Translations under genes and position numbers: made by a program
Source: Candidatus Omnitrophota bacterium
Lineage (GTDB): Bacteria > Omnitrophota > Gorgyraeia > Gygaellales > Profunditerraquicolaceae
Direction: 5' to 3'
Assembly (NCBI GenBank): GCA_028715785.1
Contig: JAQURC010000006.1
Location: 21,630 to 85,629, forward strand
DNA length: 64,000 nucleotides
Shown: one piece after another, positions 46,754-54,727 of the stretch
How the letters are laid out: every line of letters starts with the position of its first letter
Numbering within the stretch: position 1 is the first letter of the stretch
The notes under the pieces: generated by a model
The model's input: the letters and a program-made list of their open reading frames with translations, nothing else
Databases searched by the model: none
Told to the model about the DNA's origin: nothing

Positions 46754-47914
46754 ATGCAAATATCAAAAGTTGTAGAAAAAATGCAGCCATCGGGCATCCG
46801 GGCGTTCTTTGATTTAGTGCTCGGGATGAAGGATGTTATATCTTTAGGAGTGGGGGAGCCGGATTTTGTCACCCCCTGGCAGATCCGTGAGGCCGGGATC
46901 TATTCCCTGGAGCAGGGTTTTACCAGTTATACCTCGAATAAAGGGCTGTATAAACTGCGTTTAGGAATCCACCGTTTTTTAAAAAGTGAATACGGCCTGG
47001 ACTATTGCCCGGATGAGGAAATATTAATTACCGTGGGAGTCAGCGAGGGCATTGACCTGCTTATGCGGGCGATCATTAACCCCGGCGATAAGATATTGGT
47101 TCCCCAACCCAGTTATGTTTCATACGGCCCGGTTACCGAGCTTGCCGGCGGCACTCCGGTTTATATCGATACCTCAAAAGATGGATTCAAAATCACGCCC
47201 AGGCTTTTAGAAAAACATATCGATAAGAAGACCAAAGGTATTGTTTTGAATTACCCCACCAATCCTACCGGTGTTTCATACCGCCGCAAGGAGCTGCTGG
47301 ATATAAATAAAGTTTTATTAAAACATAAAATACTTTGTATCAGTGATGAAGTTTATGGCGACCTGACTTATGATTTTGAGCATGTTGCTTTTCCGGCTTT
47401 ACCGGGTGCCAGGAAAAATACGGTTTATTTTAACGGATTTTCCAAGTCATACGCGATGACCGGCTGGCGCGTGGGATTTGCCTGCGGCCCGAAAGAGATC
47501 ATCGCGGCGATGACTAAAATCCATCAATATACGATTATGTGCGTATCGATCACCAGCCAGATGGCCGCGGCAGAGGCATTGGTCAGCGGCAGGAGATCGG
47601 TAGAGCAGATGAAACGCGAATATAACCGCAGGCGGGAGCTGATGACCTTTGAATTAAATTCTTTGGGATTAAAATGCTTCCGGCCGCAGGGAGCTTTTTA
47701 TGTTTTTCCCTGCATTAAAAGCGCAGGTTTGTCGTCTATGGAATTCTCGCGCCAATTATTGAAAGAGGAGAAGGTGGCGGTGGTCCCGGGAACTGCTTTT
47801 GGTCCCTGCGCGGAAGGTTATATCAGGATTTCTTACGCTTCCAGCATGGATAATTTAAAGGAAGCTTTGAATAGAATAAAAAGATTTTTAAATAGAAGGA
47901 CACCCCGCGCTTAA
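46754..47914 (+). CDS. Class I/II pyridoxal-phosphate aminotransferase (aspartate/alanine type)
   Basis: NGFSKSYAMTGWRVG (PLP lysine), NYPTNPTG; 386 aa. Confidence 0.85.
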   Translation: MQISKVVEKMQPSGIRAFFDLVLGMKDVISLGVGEPDFVTPWQIREAGIYSLEQGFTSYTSNKGLYKLRLGIHRFLKSEYGLDYCPDEEILITVGVSEGIDLLMRAIINPGDKILVPQPSYVSYGPVTELAGGTPVYIDTSKDGFKITPRLLEKHIDKKTKGIVLNYPTNPTGVSYRRKELLDINKVLLKHKILCISDEVYGDLTYDFEHVAFPALPGARKNTVYFNGFSKSYAMTGWRVGFACGPKEIIAAMTKIHQYTIMCVSITSQMAAAEALVSGRRSVEQMKREYNRRRELMTFELNSLGLKCFRPQGAFYVFPCIKSAGLSSMEFSRQLLKEEKVAVVPGTAFGPCAEGYIRISYASSMDNLKEALNRIKRFLNRRTPRA

Positions 47915-47945
47915 AGGTATTGCGCGGGTGTTGTCTTCGTAGACA
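47900..47945 (+). repeat. Family E element + satellite hairpin, copy 2
   Basis: ACACCCCGCGCTTAAAGGTATTGCGCGGGTGT, then TGTCT-tcgt-AGACA. Encodes the last four codons and the stop (TPRA*) of the aminotransferase. Confidence 0.8.
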
Positions 47946-47950
47946 AGATA

Positions 47951-48673
47951 ATGGCTGCTAAAAAAGACAATTTCCAGGTTTATGTAAAACAGATTGAGGC
48001 TATTTCAAAAGTGGCAAACCTGCTTACTTCCGGGATGTATTTGGAAGAGCTCCTGCGTTTAGTGGTGCAGGTTACCGCTGAAATTATGAACTCCAAAATT
48101 TCTTCTTTGATGCTGCTTGACCCGGAGAAAAAAGAGCTGGTGGTTAAAGCTACGCAGTCAATATCCGAGGCCTACAATAAAAAGCCTAATATCCGTTTAG
48201 GCGAAGGTATAGCCGGCATGGTTGCCCGGGAGAATAAGCCGATGTGTATCCTGGATGTTAAAAGCGATGCGCGCTATCTAAACCAGGATGTGGCTAAAAA
48301 AGAGGGCTTATGTTCTTTGGCTTGCGTGCCGTTGGCAGTCAAGGGAAGAGTCATCGGGGTACTCAACTGTTATACTTCTAAAAAGCACAAATTTTCTAAA
48401 CACGAATTGGATCTTTTGACGGCTCTGGCCAATCAGGCGGCCATTGCTATCGAAAACGCAGAGCTGGATTTACGCGTCCGCTCGGCAGAAGAGGCCCTGA
48501 CCATTCGTAAGCTGGTCGAGAGGGCAAAGGACATCCTTTCCCAGGAAGCAAACATTGCGCCTTCAGAAGCATACCGTTTGATCCAGAAGCAAAGTATGGA
48601 TATGCGAAAATCCATGCGCGAGGTGGCCGAGGCGATTATTCTGGCAAAAGATATAAGGACCAGGAAAAAATGA
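47951..48673 (+). CDS. GAF-ANTAR RNA-binding antiterminator-type regulator
   Basis: GAF domain ([17 protein letters not shown] ... VIGVLNCY) followed by ANTAR helices ([44 protein letters not shown]). Confidence 0.8.
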   Translation: MAAKKDNFQVYVKQIEAISKVANLLTSGMYLEELLRLVVQVTAEIMNSKISSLMLLDPEKKELVVKATQSISEAYNKKPNIRLGEGIAGMVARENKPMCILDVKSDARYLNQDVAKKEGLCSLACVPLAVKGRVIGVLNCYTSKKHKFSKHELDLLTALANQAAIAIENAELDLRVRSAEEALTIRKLVERAKDILSQEANIAPSEAYRLIQKQSMDMRKSMREVAEAIILAKDIRTRKK

Positions 48674-50355
48674 AAGATAAATCTTTGCGCCTGGCAATTG
48701 CGCAGGTAAATTCCACTGTCGGCGACCTGCGAGGGAATGCCGCTAAAATCAGCCGGTATATCGAAAAAGCAAAAGATTGCGGCGCAGATATCGTCTGTTT
48801 CCCGGAATTGGCGCTTTGCGGATACCCTCCCGAAGACCTCCTGTTAAAACCAAAATTCATCAGTGATAACCTCAAAGCCTTAAAAAAGTTGGCCAGGGCC
48901 ATAAAAGGCAATATCACCGCGATTGTAGGTTTTGCCGATGGCAGGGGCAAAGTGGCCTATAATGCCGCCGCGGTAATTTATAACCGGAAAATTAAAGGGG
49001 TCTACCGCAAGGTCCTTCTGCCCAATTACGGGGTTTTTGATGAGAAACGTTATTTTGAGCCCGGAGACAAGCCCCTGGTTTTTAAGTTTGGTGATTTTAT
49101 CTTTGGAGTAAATATCTGTGAGGACATTTGGTATCCGAGCGGCCCGACAAAATCGCAGGCGGAAGCGGGAGCAAAATTAATCCTGAATATCAATGCCTCT
49201 CCCTATTATGCGGCTAAATTCAAGCAAAGGCAGGCGGTTATTGCCGGCCAGGCCAAGAGCAACAGGGTGTTTGTGGTTTACGCTAACCTTGTCGGCGGCC
49301 AGGATGAGCTGGTATTTGACGGCCAGAGCATGATTGTCGATAATAAGGGGAAAACGCTGGCGCGCGCCAGGGCCTTTGCGGAGGATTTATTAATCCAGGA
49401 TTTAGATATTCCCGCAAGCAAGGTAAGCCCTTCTAGAAAGATAATTAGAATTTCGAACATATTGCAGCCGGCAAAGAAAAAAATAGTTACCCAGGAAGAG
49501 CCTGAGATTTTACGGCCTGTAGAAGAGATTTACCGGGCATTGGTCTTAGGATTAAGGGATTATGTGCTTAAAAACGGTTTTGGAAAAGTTATCATCGGTT
49601 TAAGCGGCGGGATTGATTCTTCTTTGGTGGCGGCGCTGGCAGTGGATGCTTTAGGTAAAGAAAATGTTACCGGCGTATTCATGCCTTCGCGCTATTCTTC
49701 CAGCCACTCACATGAAGACGCTATCATGCTAGCGAGAAATTTAGGGATTAAATTTATCACTATTTCTATCGAGCAAATATTCAAGTTTTACCTGTTGGCG
49801 CTTGAGCCGCATTTTAAAGGCCTGGGAAGGGATAGCGCCGAGGAGAACCTGCAGGCGCGCATAAGAGGTAATATCCTGATGGCTTTTTCCAACAAATTCG
49901 GCTGGCTGGTCCTGGCTACCGGAAATAAATCAGAGATGAGCACCGGTTATGCCACTCTTTACGGCGATATGGCCGGAGGGCTTGCCGTGATCAAAGATGT
50001 GCCCAAAACATTGGTTTATAAATTATCCAGGCACAGGAATTCTATCTGTCAAGTTATCCCCGAGCGCGTATTTACCAAGGCCCCTACTGCCGAACTGAAA
50101 CCAAACCAGAAGGACCAGGATACCCTGCCGCCTTATGAAATCCTGGATGCGATCCTGAAAGCCTATGTTGAAGAAGATAAGGATTTGGCAAAAATTGTCT
50201 CTTCAGGTTTTAATAAAGAAACAGTCAATAAGACTATTAGTATGGTGGATAAAAATGAATATAAACGCAGGCAGTCTCCGCCGGGTATCAAGATTACGCC
50301 CAAGGCCTTTGGCCGGGACAGGCGCATGCCGATTACCAATAAGTACCGCGGTTAG
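48670..50355 (+). CDS. nadE: Glutamine-dependent NAD+ synthetase (CN-hydrolase + NAD synthetase domains)
   Basis: N-terminal nitrilase-like domain ([21 protein letters not shown]) and a C-terminal PP-loop (GLSGGIDSS). ATGA overlap with the GAF-ANTAR gene. Confidence 0.9.
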   Translation: MKDKSLRLAIAQVNSTVGDLRGNAAKISRYIEKAKDCGADIVCFPELALCGYPPEDLLLKPKFISDNLKALKKLARAIKGNITAIVGFADGRGKVAYNAAAVIYNRKIKGVYRKVLLPNYGVFDEKRYFEPGDKPLVFKFGDFIFGVNICEDIWYPSGPTKSQAEAGAKLILNINASPYYAAKFKQRQAVIAGQAKSNRVFVVYANLVGGQDELVFDGQSMIVDNKGKTLARARAFAEDLLIQDLDIPASKVSPSRKIIRISNILQPAKKKIVTQEEPEILRPVEEIYRALVLGLRDYVLKNGFGKVIIGLSGGIDSSLVAALAVDALGKENVTGVFMPSRYSSSHSHEDAIMLARNLGIKFITISIEQIFKFYLLALEPHFKGLGRDSAEENLQARIRGNILMAFSNKFGWLVLATGNKSEMSTGYATLYGDMAGGLAVIKDVPKTLVYKLSRHRNSICQVIPERVFTKAPTAELKPNQKDQDTLPPYEILDAILKAYVEEDKDLAKIVSSGFNKETVNKTISMVDKNEYKRRQSPPGIKITPKAFGRDRRMPITNKYRG

Positions 50356-50390
50356 AAAGATATAAAAGGCGAAAAGCAGCTGTGCAATTC

Positions 50391-51062
50391 ATGGAGTTAT
50401 TTCAAAAACTAATTAATATATTGCTTAATTTTGATACCCACCTTAGTGTCCTGATCCAGCAGTGCGGTTTGTGGACATATCTCATACTTTTCGGGGTTAT
50501 CTTTGCCGAGACCGGGTTTGTGGTAACGCCGTTTCTGCCCGGAGATTCGCTTCTTTTTGTGCTGGGCGCTTTTGCCGCGCAAGGGACATTCCATCCTTTT
50601 GTTTTGGCCGGCATCCTGATGTGCGCGGCAATATTGGGCGACAGTGTTAATTATGCCATTGGGAAATATTTGGGAAATCGCCTGGTCAACGCCAAACATA
50701 TCCCTTTTTTTAAGAAAGAGTACCTGGATCGCACCCATCACTTTTATAAAAAGTACGGCGGAAAAACTATTATTTTAGCCAGGTTTATACCCGTAGTACG
50801 GATGTTTGCGCCGTTTATAGCAGGAATCGTGCGTATGGATTACGCCAAATTCTTTATCTATAATGTAATCGGAGGCGTATTATGGGTGGCAATTTTTGTG
50901 TTCGGCGGTTTTTATTTCGGGAATATTCCTATTGTGAAAGAGAATTTTTCTTTAGTCGCGCTATTGATTATAGGTATTTCAATAATGCCGGTTATAATTG
51001 AATTTTTTAAAGCAAGAACAAGAATTAAGCAGGGAGCTAAATACGCCGCACCTTCGGAATGA
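50391..51062 (+). CDS. DedA-family membrane protein
   Basis: VTPFLPGDSLLFVLGAFA motif, multi-TM. The track start GTG 50382 is also possible. Confidence 0.8.
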   Translation: MELFQKLINILLNFDTHLSVLIQQCGLWTYLILFGVIFAETGFVVTPFLPGDSLLFVLGAFAAQGTFHPFVLAGILMCAAILGDSVNYAIGKYLGNRLVNAKHIPFFKKEYLDRTHHFYKKYGGKTIILARFIPVVRMFAPFIAGIVRMDYAKFFIYNVIGGVLWVAIFVFGGFYFGNIPIVKENFSLVALLIIGISIMPVIIEFFKARTRIKQGAKYAAPSE

Positions 51063-51134
51063 ATTTTAGTTGACAAATCCCTAAAATGTGTTAAACTTTA
51101 AATAGATTACAGCGTTGTAGTAAAAGACACAGAA

Positions 51135-51175
51135 GTCTTCTGGCAGGAAAGTTTGCCCAGAAGGCTTTTTTATTT
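51135..51175 (+). terminator. Intrinsic terminator after dedA
   Basis: GTCTTCTGGCA ... TGCCCAGAAGGC stem (one bulge, one G-U) followed by TTTTTTATTT. Confidence 0.6.
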
Positions 51176-51195
51176 GTCAGGACTAAGGCGTCCTT

Positions 51196-51241
51196 TGCCC
51201 ACCGGGGCACATCCGCGCAATACCTTATAAGCGCGGGGTGT
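51196..51241 (-). repeat. Family E element + satellite hairpin, copy 3 (inverted)
   Basis: TGCCC-accg-GGGCA, then ACATCCGCGCAATACCTTATAAGCGCGGGGTGT. This is the reverse complement of the copy 1 core. Confidence 0.8.
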
Positions 51242-51273
51242 ACCCATATGGGGCCAAAGGACGTTTTTGTTTT

Positions 51274-51319
51274 CCACCACCTGGTGGACATCCGCGCAAT
51301 ACCTATTAGCGCGGGGTGT
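51274..51319 (-). repeat. Family E element + satellite hairpin, copy 4 (inverted)
   Basis: CCACC-acct-GGTGG, then ACATCCGCGCAATACCTATTAGCGCGGGGTGT. Ends 16 nt before the sigma-factor start. Confidence 0.8.
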
Positions 51320-51334
51320 TATGAGGATTAAAAT

Positions 51335-51853
51335 ATGAGTTTTGAAGAGCTGCACCAGAAACTGTCGCCGACAATCAAGCGGATTGCCTATAAGCTAAAC
51401 GGGCGTTATCGCTCCTTTAACCATGACGACCTGTATCAGGAGGCATCAATCCACCTTTGGAGCAATTTTCTAAAAGGAAAGCTTAGCGATAAGACCGAAA
51501 GCTATATCCTGCAGGGGTGTTATTTTCATCTGAAAAATTATATCCGTAAGGTGAATGAACGCTCCAATGTTATCAGTATTGATGCTACGTTGAGCGCGGA
51601 TGGGGCAACTATAGAGGATGTGTTGGGGAAATATTGGTCTTCTCCGGATTGCCGGGGGCAATTGCATAATATATTTTTAGCGCGGAGTATCCAGAATAAT
51701 GGTTTCAACCTCAAAGAAAAAAAGCTGCTTGCCTATTTCAGCCAGGGCCTGACTACCAGAGAGATAGGCAAGCGTATGGGGATCTCTCACGTTAGCGTAG
51801 TAAAGCTGATGCAGAAGGTTAGAGCCAGGGCCCAAAAACATTTGGATAAATAA
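51335..51853 (+). CDS. Sigma-70-family (group 4/ECF-like) RNA polymerase sigma factor
   Basis: Region 2-like DDLYQEASIHLWSNF...YILQGCYFHLKNYIRK. Region 4 HTH LTTREIGKRMGISHVSVVKLMQKVRARAQ. 172 aa. Confidence 0.7.
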   Translation: MSFEELHQKLSPTIKRIAYKLNGRYRSFNHDDLYQEASIHLWSNFLKGKLSDKTESYILQGCYFHLKNYIRKVNERSNVISIDATLSADGATIEDVLGKYWSSPDCRGQLHNIFLARSIQNNGFNLKEKKLLAYFSQGLTTREIGKRMGISHVSVVKLMQKVRARAQKHLDK

Positions 51854-51920
51854 AAGAGATCCTTCGTTTGTAGATAAAAGCTTATTGTAGACTCAGGACA
51901 AATTTTGCTACGCAAAATTT

Positions 51921-51951
51921 GGTTACCAGATTTAAGCATTCTTTACTTGTA
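51921..51951 (+). promoter_or_regulatory. N-motif copy A: GGTTACCA-N12-CTTTACTTGTA
   Basis: One of three near-identical motifs (with 54591 and 56928). A perfect 10-bp inverted repeat CAAATTTTGC-tac-GCAAAATTTG (51899-51921) abuts it. Confidence 0.6.
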
Positions 51952-51988
51952 GTGACGTAAGGCACATTGAAGTGTAAGATTTAAACAT

Positions 51989-52020
51989 AGGCGTTCTATG
52001 AAAATAGAGCGCCTTTTTTA
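51989..52020 (+). terminator. Leader terminator/attenuator A
   Basis: AGGCGTTCTA-tgaaaa-TAGAGCGCCT (10 bp, one G-U) plus TTTTTTA. It ends 17 nt before the start at 52037, just upstream of the GGAAAGGAG RBS. Confidence 0.65.
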
Positions 52021-52036
52021 TTCGGAAAGGAGAATA

Positions 52037-52864
52037 ATGGCGAAACGAATTGGATTGATTTTTGCGGTTTTCTGCGTCTTTGTTTTATCAAATGCGTACG
52101 CAACTCCTTCAACGCACATCTGGGCTCCGTCAACGGATATCCAGCCTTATAAGAAAATCCACGTTACCTCGGATTTTTATTTTCCCACGACCGGCAAAGG
52201 CACCAACGCCGATAATTACGATCAGCATAATTATGTCCAGCAGGTATACGGCCTTACCTTTAGTTTATTATCGGATAAACCGGAAGAGAATCTTTTAGGC
52301 AAACTCTGGCAGCCGCTGGGAAAGATTATGGCGGAGACCGGTTTTGATTATAAAAAGGGGTTTGGTTCTTTCTATGATTCGACTCCCTGGTATTTTCATT
52401 TTAAGTTCGGCATCCCCGAAGGTTATTCAAAATTTACCTGCCCGTTAGGCAGCGCGGATATGCCCGCAATCGCCGCGGGTATGTATGACATGGGAACCAG
52501 AAGCCACCGGACGAATTATAACGTTGCTTATGTTAAGGCCGCAAAGACCGTTAATCTAGGCAAGGTTAATCTGGGAAGGTTTTCCGCCGGTTATTTTAAG
52601 GGAAATGGCAGGCTGCTTAGGGGCAGGGATGGTTTGCGGGATAACGCCGGGCCGATGTTTGCCTGGGAACGCACAATGTGCGAGATAAGCCCGAAGTTAT
52701 GGCTGTGCGTGGATTATCAGGGCACGCAATCATCTTACGGAGCGATTAATTACGGTTTTGCCTGGAGTTTTACGCCGGACATCTCGGCGATCCTTGCGTA
52801 TGATATTTATAATAACCGTAATTTAACCGACACTATTACGCTTCAATTGGATATTAATTTCTAA
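52037..52864 (+). CDS. Putative outer-membrane beta-barrel protein co-transcribed with amtB
   Basis: GGAAAGGAG RBS. Signal peptide MAKRIGLIFAVFCVFVLSNAYA. Beta-strand alternation. Terminal LQLDINF. The track start 51998 lies inside the terminator hairpin. Confidence 0.45.
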   Translation: MAKRIGLIFAVFCVFVLSNAYATPSTHIWAPSTDIQPYKKIHVTSDFYFPTTGKGTNADNYDQHNYVQQVYGLTFSLLSDKPEENLLGKLWQPLGKIMAETGFDYKKGFGSFYDSTPWYFHFKFGIPEGYSKFTCPLGSADMPAIAAGMYDMGTRSHRTNYNVAYVKAAKTVNLGKVNLGRFSAGYFKGNGRLLRGRDGLRDNAGPMFAWERTMCEISPKLWLCVDYQGTQSSYGAINYGFAWSFTPDISAILAYDIYNNRNLTDTITLQLDINF

Positions 52865-52879
52865 CAGAGGAGGAGCCAA

Positions 52880-54106
52880 ATGAATTCAGGCGATACAGCA
52901 TGGGTGTTAATCTCATCAGCCCTGGTTTTACTGATGACCCCCGGCCTTGCTTTTTTCTACGGAGGCATGGTGCGGCGAAAAAATGTTTTAAGCGTTTTGA
53001 TGCAGTGTTTTATTATTATGTGTGTCTTAAGCCTGCAATGGGTTTTGATTGGTTATAGCTTATCATTTCATCCGGGAAATGGGTTTTGGGGAGGTCTGCA
53101 ATGGCTGGGTTTAAACGGAGTGGGGTTGGAGCCTTACGCGGATTACGCCGGCACAATTCCGCATCAGGCGTTTATGATCTTTCAGGCGATGTTCGCCATA
53201 ATTACTCCGGCTTTGATTATCGGCGCGTTTGCCGAGAGGATGAAATTTTCCGCGTTTCTGATTTTTACTCTGCTTTGGGCAACTTTTGTTTATGATCCGT
53301 TATGCCATTGGGTTTGGGGAATGGGCGGATGGTTAAGGAATTTAGGGGCAATGGATTTTGCCGGAGGAACTGTCGTGCATATTAATGCCGGTATTGCCGC
53401 TCTTGTTACGGCAATAGTATTAGGCAGAAGAGGTAATTTAGAAAAAAATGTGCCTACTCCGCATAATATGCCTTTCGTGGTTTTGGGCACAGGGCTCTTA
53501 TGGTTTGGCTGGTTTGGTTTTAATGCCGGAAGCGCTTTGGCGGCAAATGGATTAGCGGTAAACGCCTTTGTCGTAACCAATACTGCCGCCGCGGCTGCGG
53601 GATTAAGCTGGGCGTTGATTGAATGGATACGCAATGGCAAACCCACAATTTTCGGCGTATGTTCCGGGGCGGTCGCCGGGTTAGTCGCGATTACTCCGGC
53701 AGCCGGGTTTGTGGGCGTGGTTGCGGCGATAATTATCGGTTTATTAGTCAGCGTGATTTGTTTTATCGCTGTAACTGTGATTAAGCCTCTGTTCGGTTAT
53801 GATGATTCTCTTGATGCCTTCGGCGTGCATTGCGTAGGAGGGATTTGGGGGGCCTTGGCTACCGGATTATTCGCTTCAAAATTAGTTAACCCTGCCGGAG
53901 CCGACGGATTATTTTTTGGCAACCCCAAACAATTCCTAACACAGCTTTTAGCCGTAGCCGTAACTATTGTTTATACGGCGGTTGTAACATTCGTAATTTA
54001 TAAATTAGTGGATATTTTTGTCGGGGTCAGGGTGGATGAAAAATCCGAAGCTATTGGCTTGGACCTTACGCAGCATCGCGAGAGAGCGTATACGATATTA
54101 GAATGA
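52880..54106 (+). CDS. amtB: Ammonium transporter AmtB
   Basis: DTAWVLISSALVLLMTPGLAFFYGGMVR, DFAGGTVVHINAG, FGWFGFNAGS, DDSLDAFGVHCVGGIWG. Confidence 0.95.
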   Translation: MNSGDTAWVLISSALVLLMTPGLAFFYGGMVRRKNVLSVLMQCFIIMCVLSLQWVLIGYSLSFHPGNGFWGGLQWLGLNGVGLEPYADYAGTIPHQAFMIFQAMFAIITPALIIGAFAERMKFSAFLIFTLLWATFVYDPLCHWVWGMGGWLRNLGAMDFAGGTVVHINAGIAALVTAIVLGRRGNLEKNVPTPHNMPFVVLGTGLLWFGWFGFNAGSALAANGLAVNAFVVTNTAAAAAGLSWALIEWIRNGKPTIFGVCSGAVAGLVAITPAAGFVGVVAAIIIGLLVSVICFIAVTVIKPLFGYDDSLDAFGVHCVGGIWGALATGLFASKLVNPAGADGLFFGNPKQFLTQLLAVAVTIVYTAVVTFVIYKLVDIFVGVRVDEKSEAIGLDLTQHRERAYTILE

Positions 54107-54113
54107 GAAACAT

Positions 54114-54168
54114 GGGGACGGTTCTATTTTTCCATAGCTAACCGTGTTCGAAAAATAGAACCGTCCCC
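54114..54168. repeat. Family D long hairpin, copy 2 (between amtB and glnB)
   Basis: GGGGACGGTTCTATTTTT-ccatagctaaccgtgttcg-AAAAATAGAACCGTCCCC is a perfect 18-bp stem. The loop starts CATAGC, as in copy 1. Confidence 0.85.
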
Positions 54169-54195
54169 AGGATTTTAAAAACTCGGGAGGTATAA

Positions 54196-54537
54196 ATGAA
54201 ATTAATTATTGCGATAATTCAACCCTATAAATTAGAAGAGGTAAAAGAAGAATTGTATAAAGCGGAAGTAAATCTAATTACGGTCAGTGAGGTTTTAGGC
54301 CACGGCCGCCAGAAGGGCCTGACCGAAGTTTACCGCGGCGCAAAGGAAACCGGAAATCTCCTGCGCAAAATCCGCCTTGAGATCGCGGTAAATGATAATT
54401 ATCTTGAGCCAACCATTAAAGCAATCGTCAAAGGTGCCAAAACCGGCGAAACCGGCGACGGAAAAATTTTTGTGCTGGATTTAAAAGAGTGTGTGCGTAT
54501 AAGGACTGAAGAGCGCGGAAGCTTGGCGATAGGATAG
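54196..54537 (+). CDS. glnB: PII nitrogen regulatory protein (GlnB/GlnK)
   Basis: 113 aa, collinear with E. coli GlnB. The T-loop reads [20 protein letters not shown] (position 49 = Ala, 51 = Glu). C-terminal GDGKIFV. Confidence 0.95.
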   Translation: MKLIIAIIQPYKLEEVKEELYKAEVNLITVSEVLGHGRQKGLTEVYRGAKETGNLLRKIRLEIAVNDNYLEPTIKAIVKGAKTGETGDGKIFVLDLKECVRIRTEERGSLAIG

Positions 54538-54545
54538 TAAAACAT

Positions 54546-54575
54546 GGGGGCTGTCCTCTTGAGAGGACCGTCCCC
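54546..54575. repeat. Family D-related short hairpin after glnB
   Basis: GGGGGCTGTCCTC-ttg-AGAGGACCGTCCCC. Shares the AACATGGGG prefix with 54109-54117. Confidence 0.6.
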
Positions 54576-54590
54576 TATTTTAAAAATTTA

Positions 54591-54621
54591 GGTTACCAAC
54601 GCTTTGTATTTCTTACTTGTA
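54591..54621 (+). promoter_or_regulatory. N-motif copy B: GGTTACCA-N12-TCTTACTTGTA
   Basis: Lies between the post-glnB hairpin (54546-54575) and leader terminator B. Confidence 0.6.
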
Positions 54622-54631
54622 ATTAGAGGAC

Positions 54632-54672
54632 GGGGGCGTTCTGGGGCCTTAAAGAATGCCTCTTTTATTTTA
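54632..54672 (+). terminator. Leader terminator/attenuator B
   Basis: GGCGTTCT-ggggccttaa-AGAATGCC (one G-U, extendable outward) followed by TCTTTTATTTT. 56 nt before the glnN start. Confidence 0.55.
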
Positions 54673-54727
54673 ACTTAATTGTGGTAAAATTAAACTTAAC
54701 GGAAGAATAGATAATCAGGAGGAAGGA

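Noticed and set aside
51070-51175. Possible small RNA gene: TTGACA-N16-TAAACT (51070-51097) followed ~40 nt later by an intrinsic terminator
   Set aside because: The terminator is more simply the dedA terminator. Promoter-like hexamers are expected by chance in this AT-rich spacer, and there is no conservation or structural evidence.
51921-51951. Reading the nitrogen motif as a sigma-54 promoter, an NtcA site, a GlnR/TnrA box or a glutamine riboswitch
   Set aside because: - Sigma-54: no conserved GG-N10-GC.
- NtcA: no GTA-N8-TAC.
- GlnR/TnrA: no TGTNA-N7-TNACA.
- Glutamine riboswitch: the leaders lack the conserved glnA-RNA elements as I remember them (paired CGUUC...GAACG stem enclosing GGAAGUAGG).

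The CGTTC found here is simply the terminator 5' arm.
51998-52036. Track start codons at 51998 and 57037
   Set aside because: Both ATGs lie inside the stems or loops of the leader terminators (ctATGaaaatag and aaaATGaacgtct). Downstream Mets (52037 with GGAAAGGAG, and 57085) give a signal peptide and a compact HTH protein respectively.
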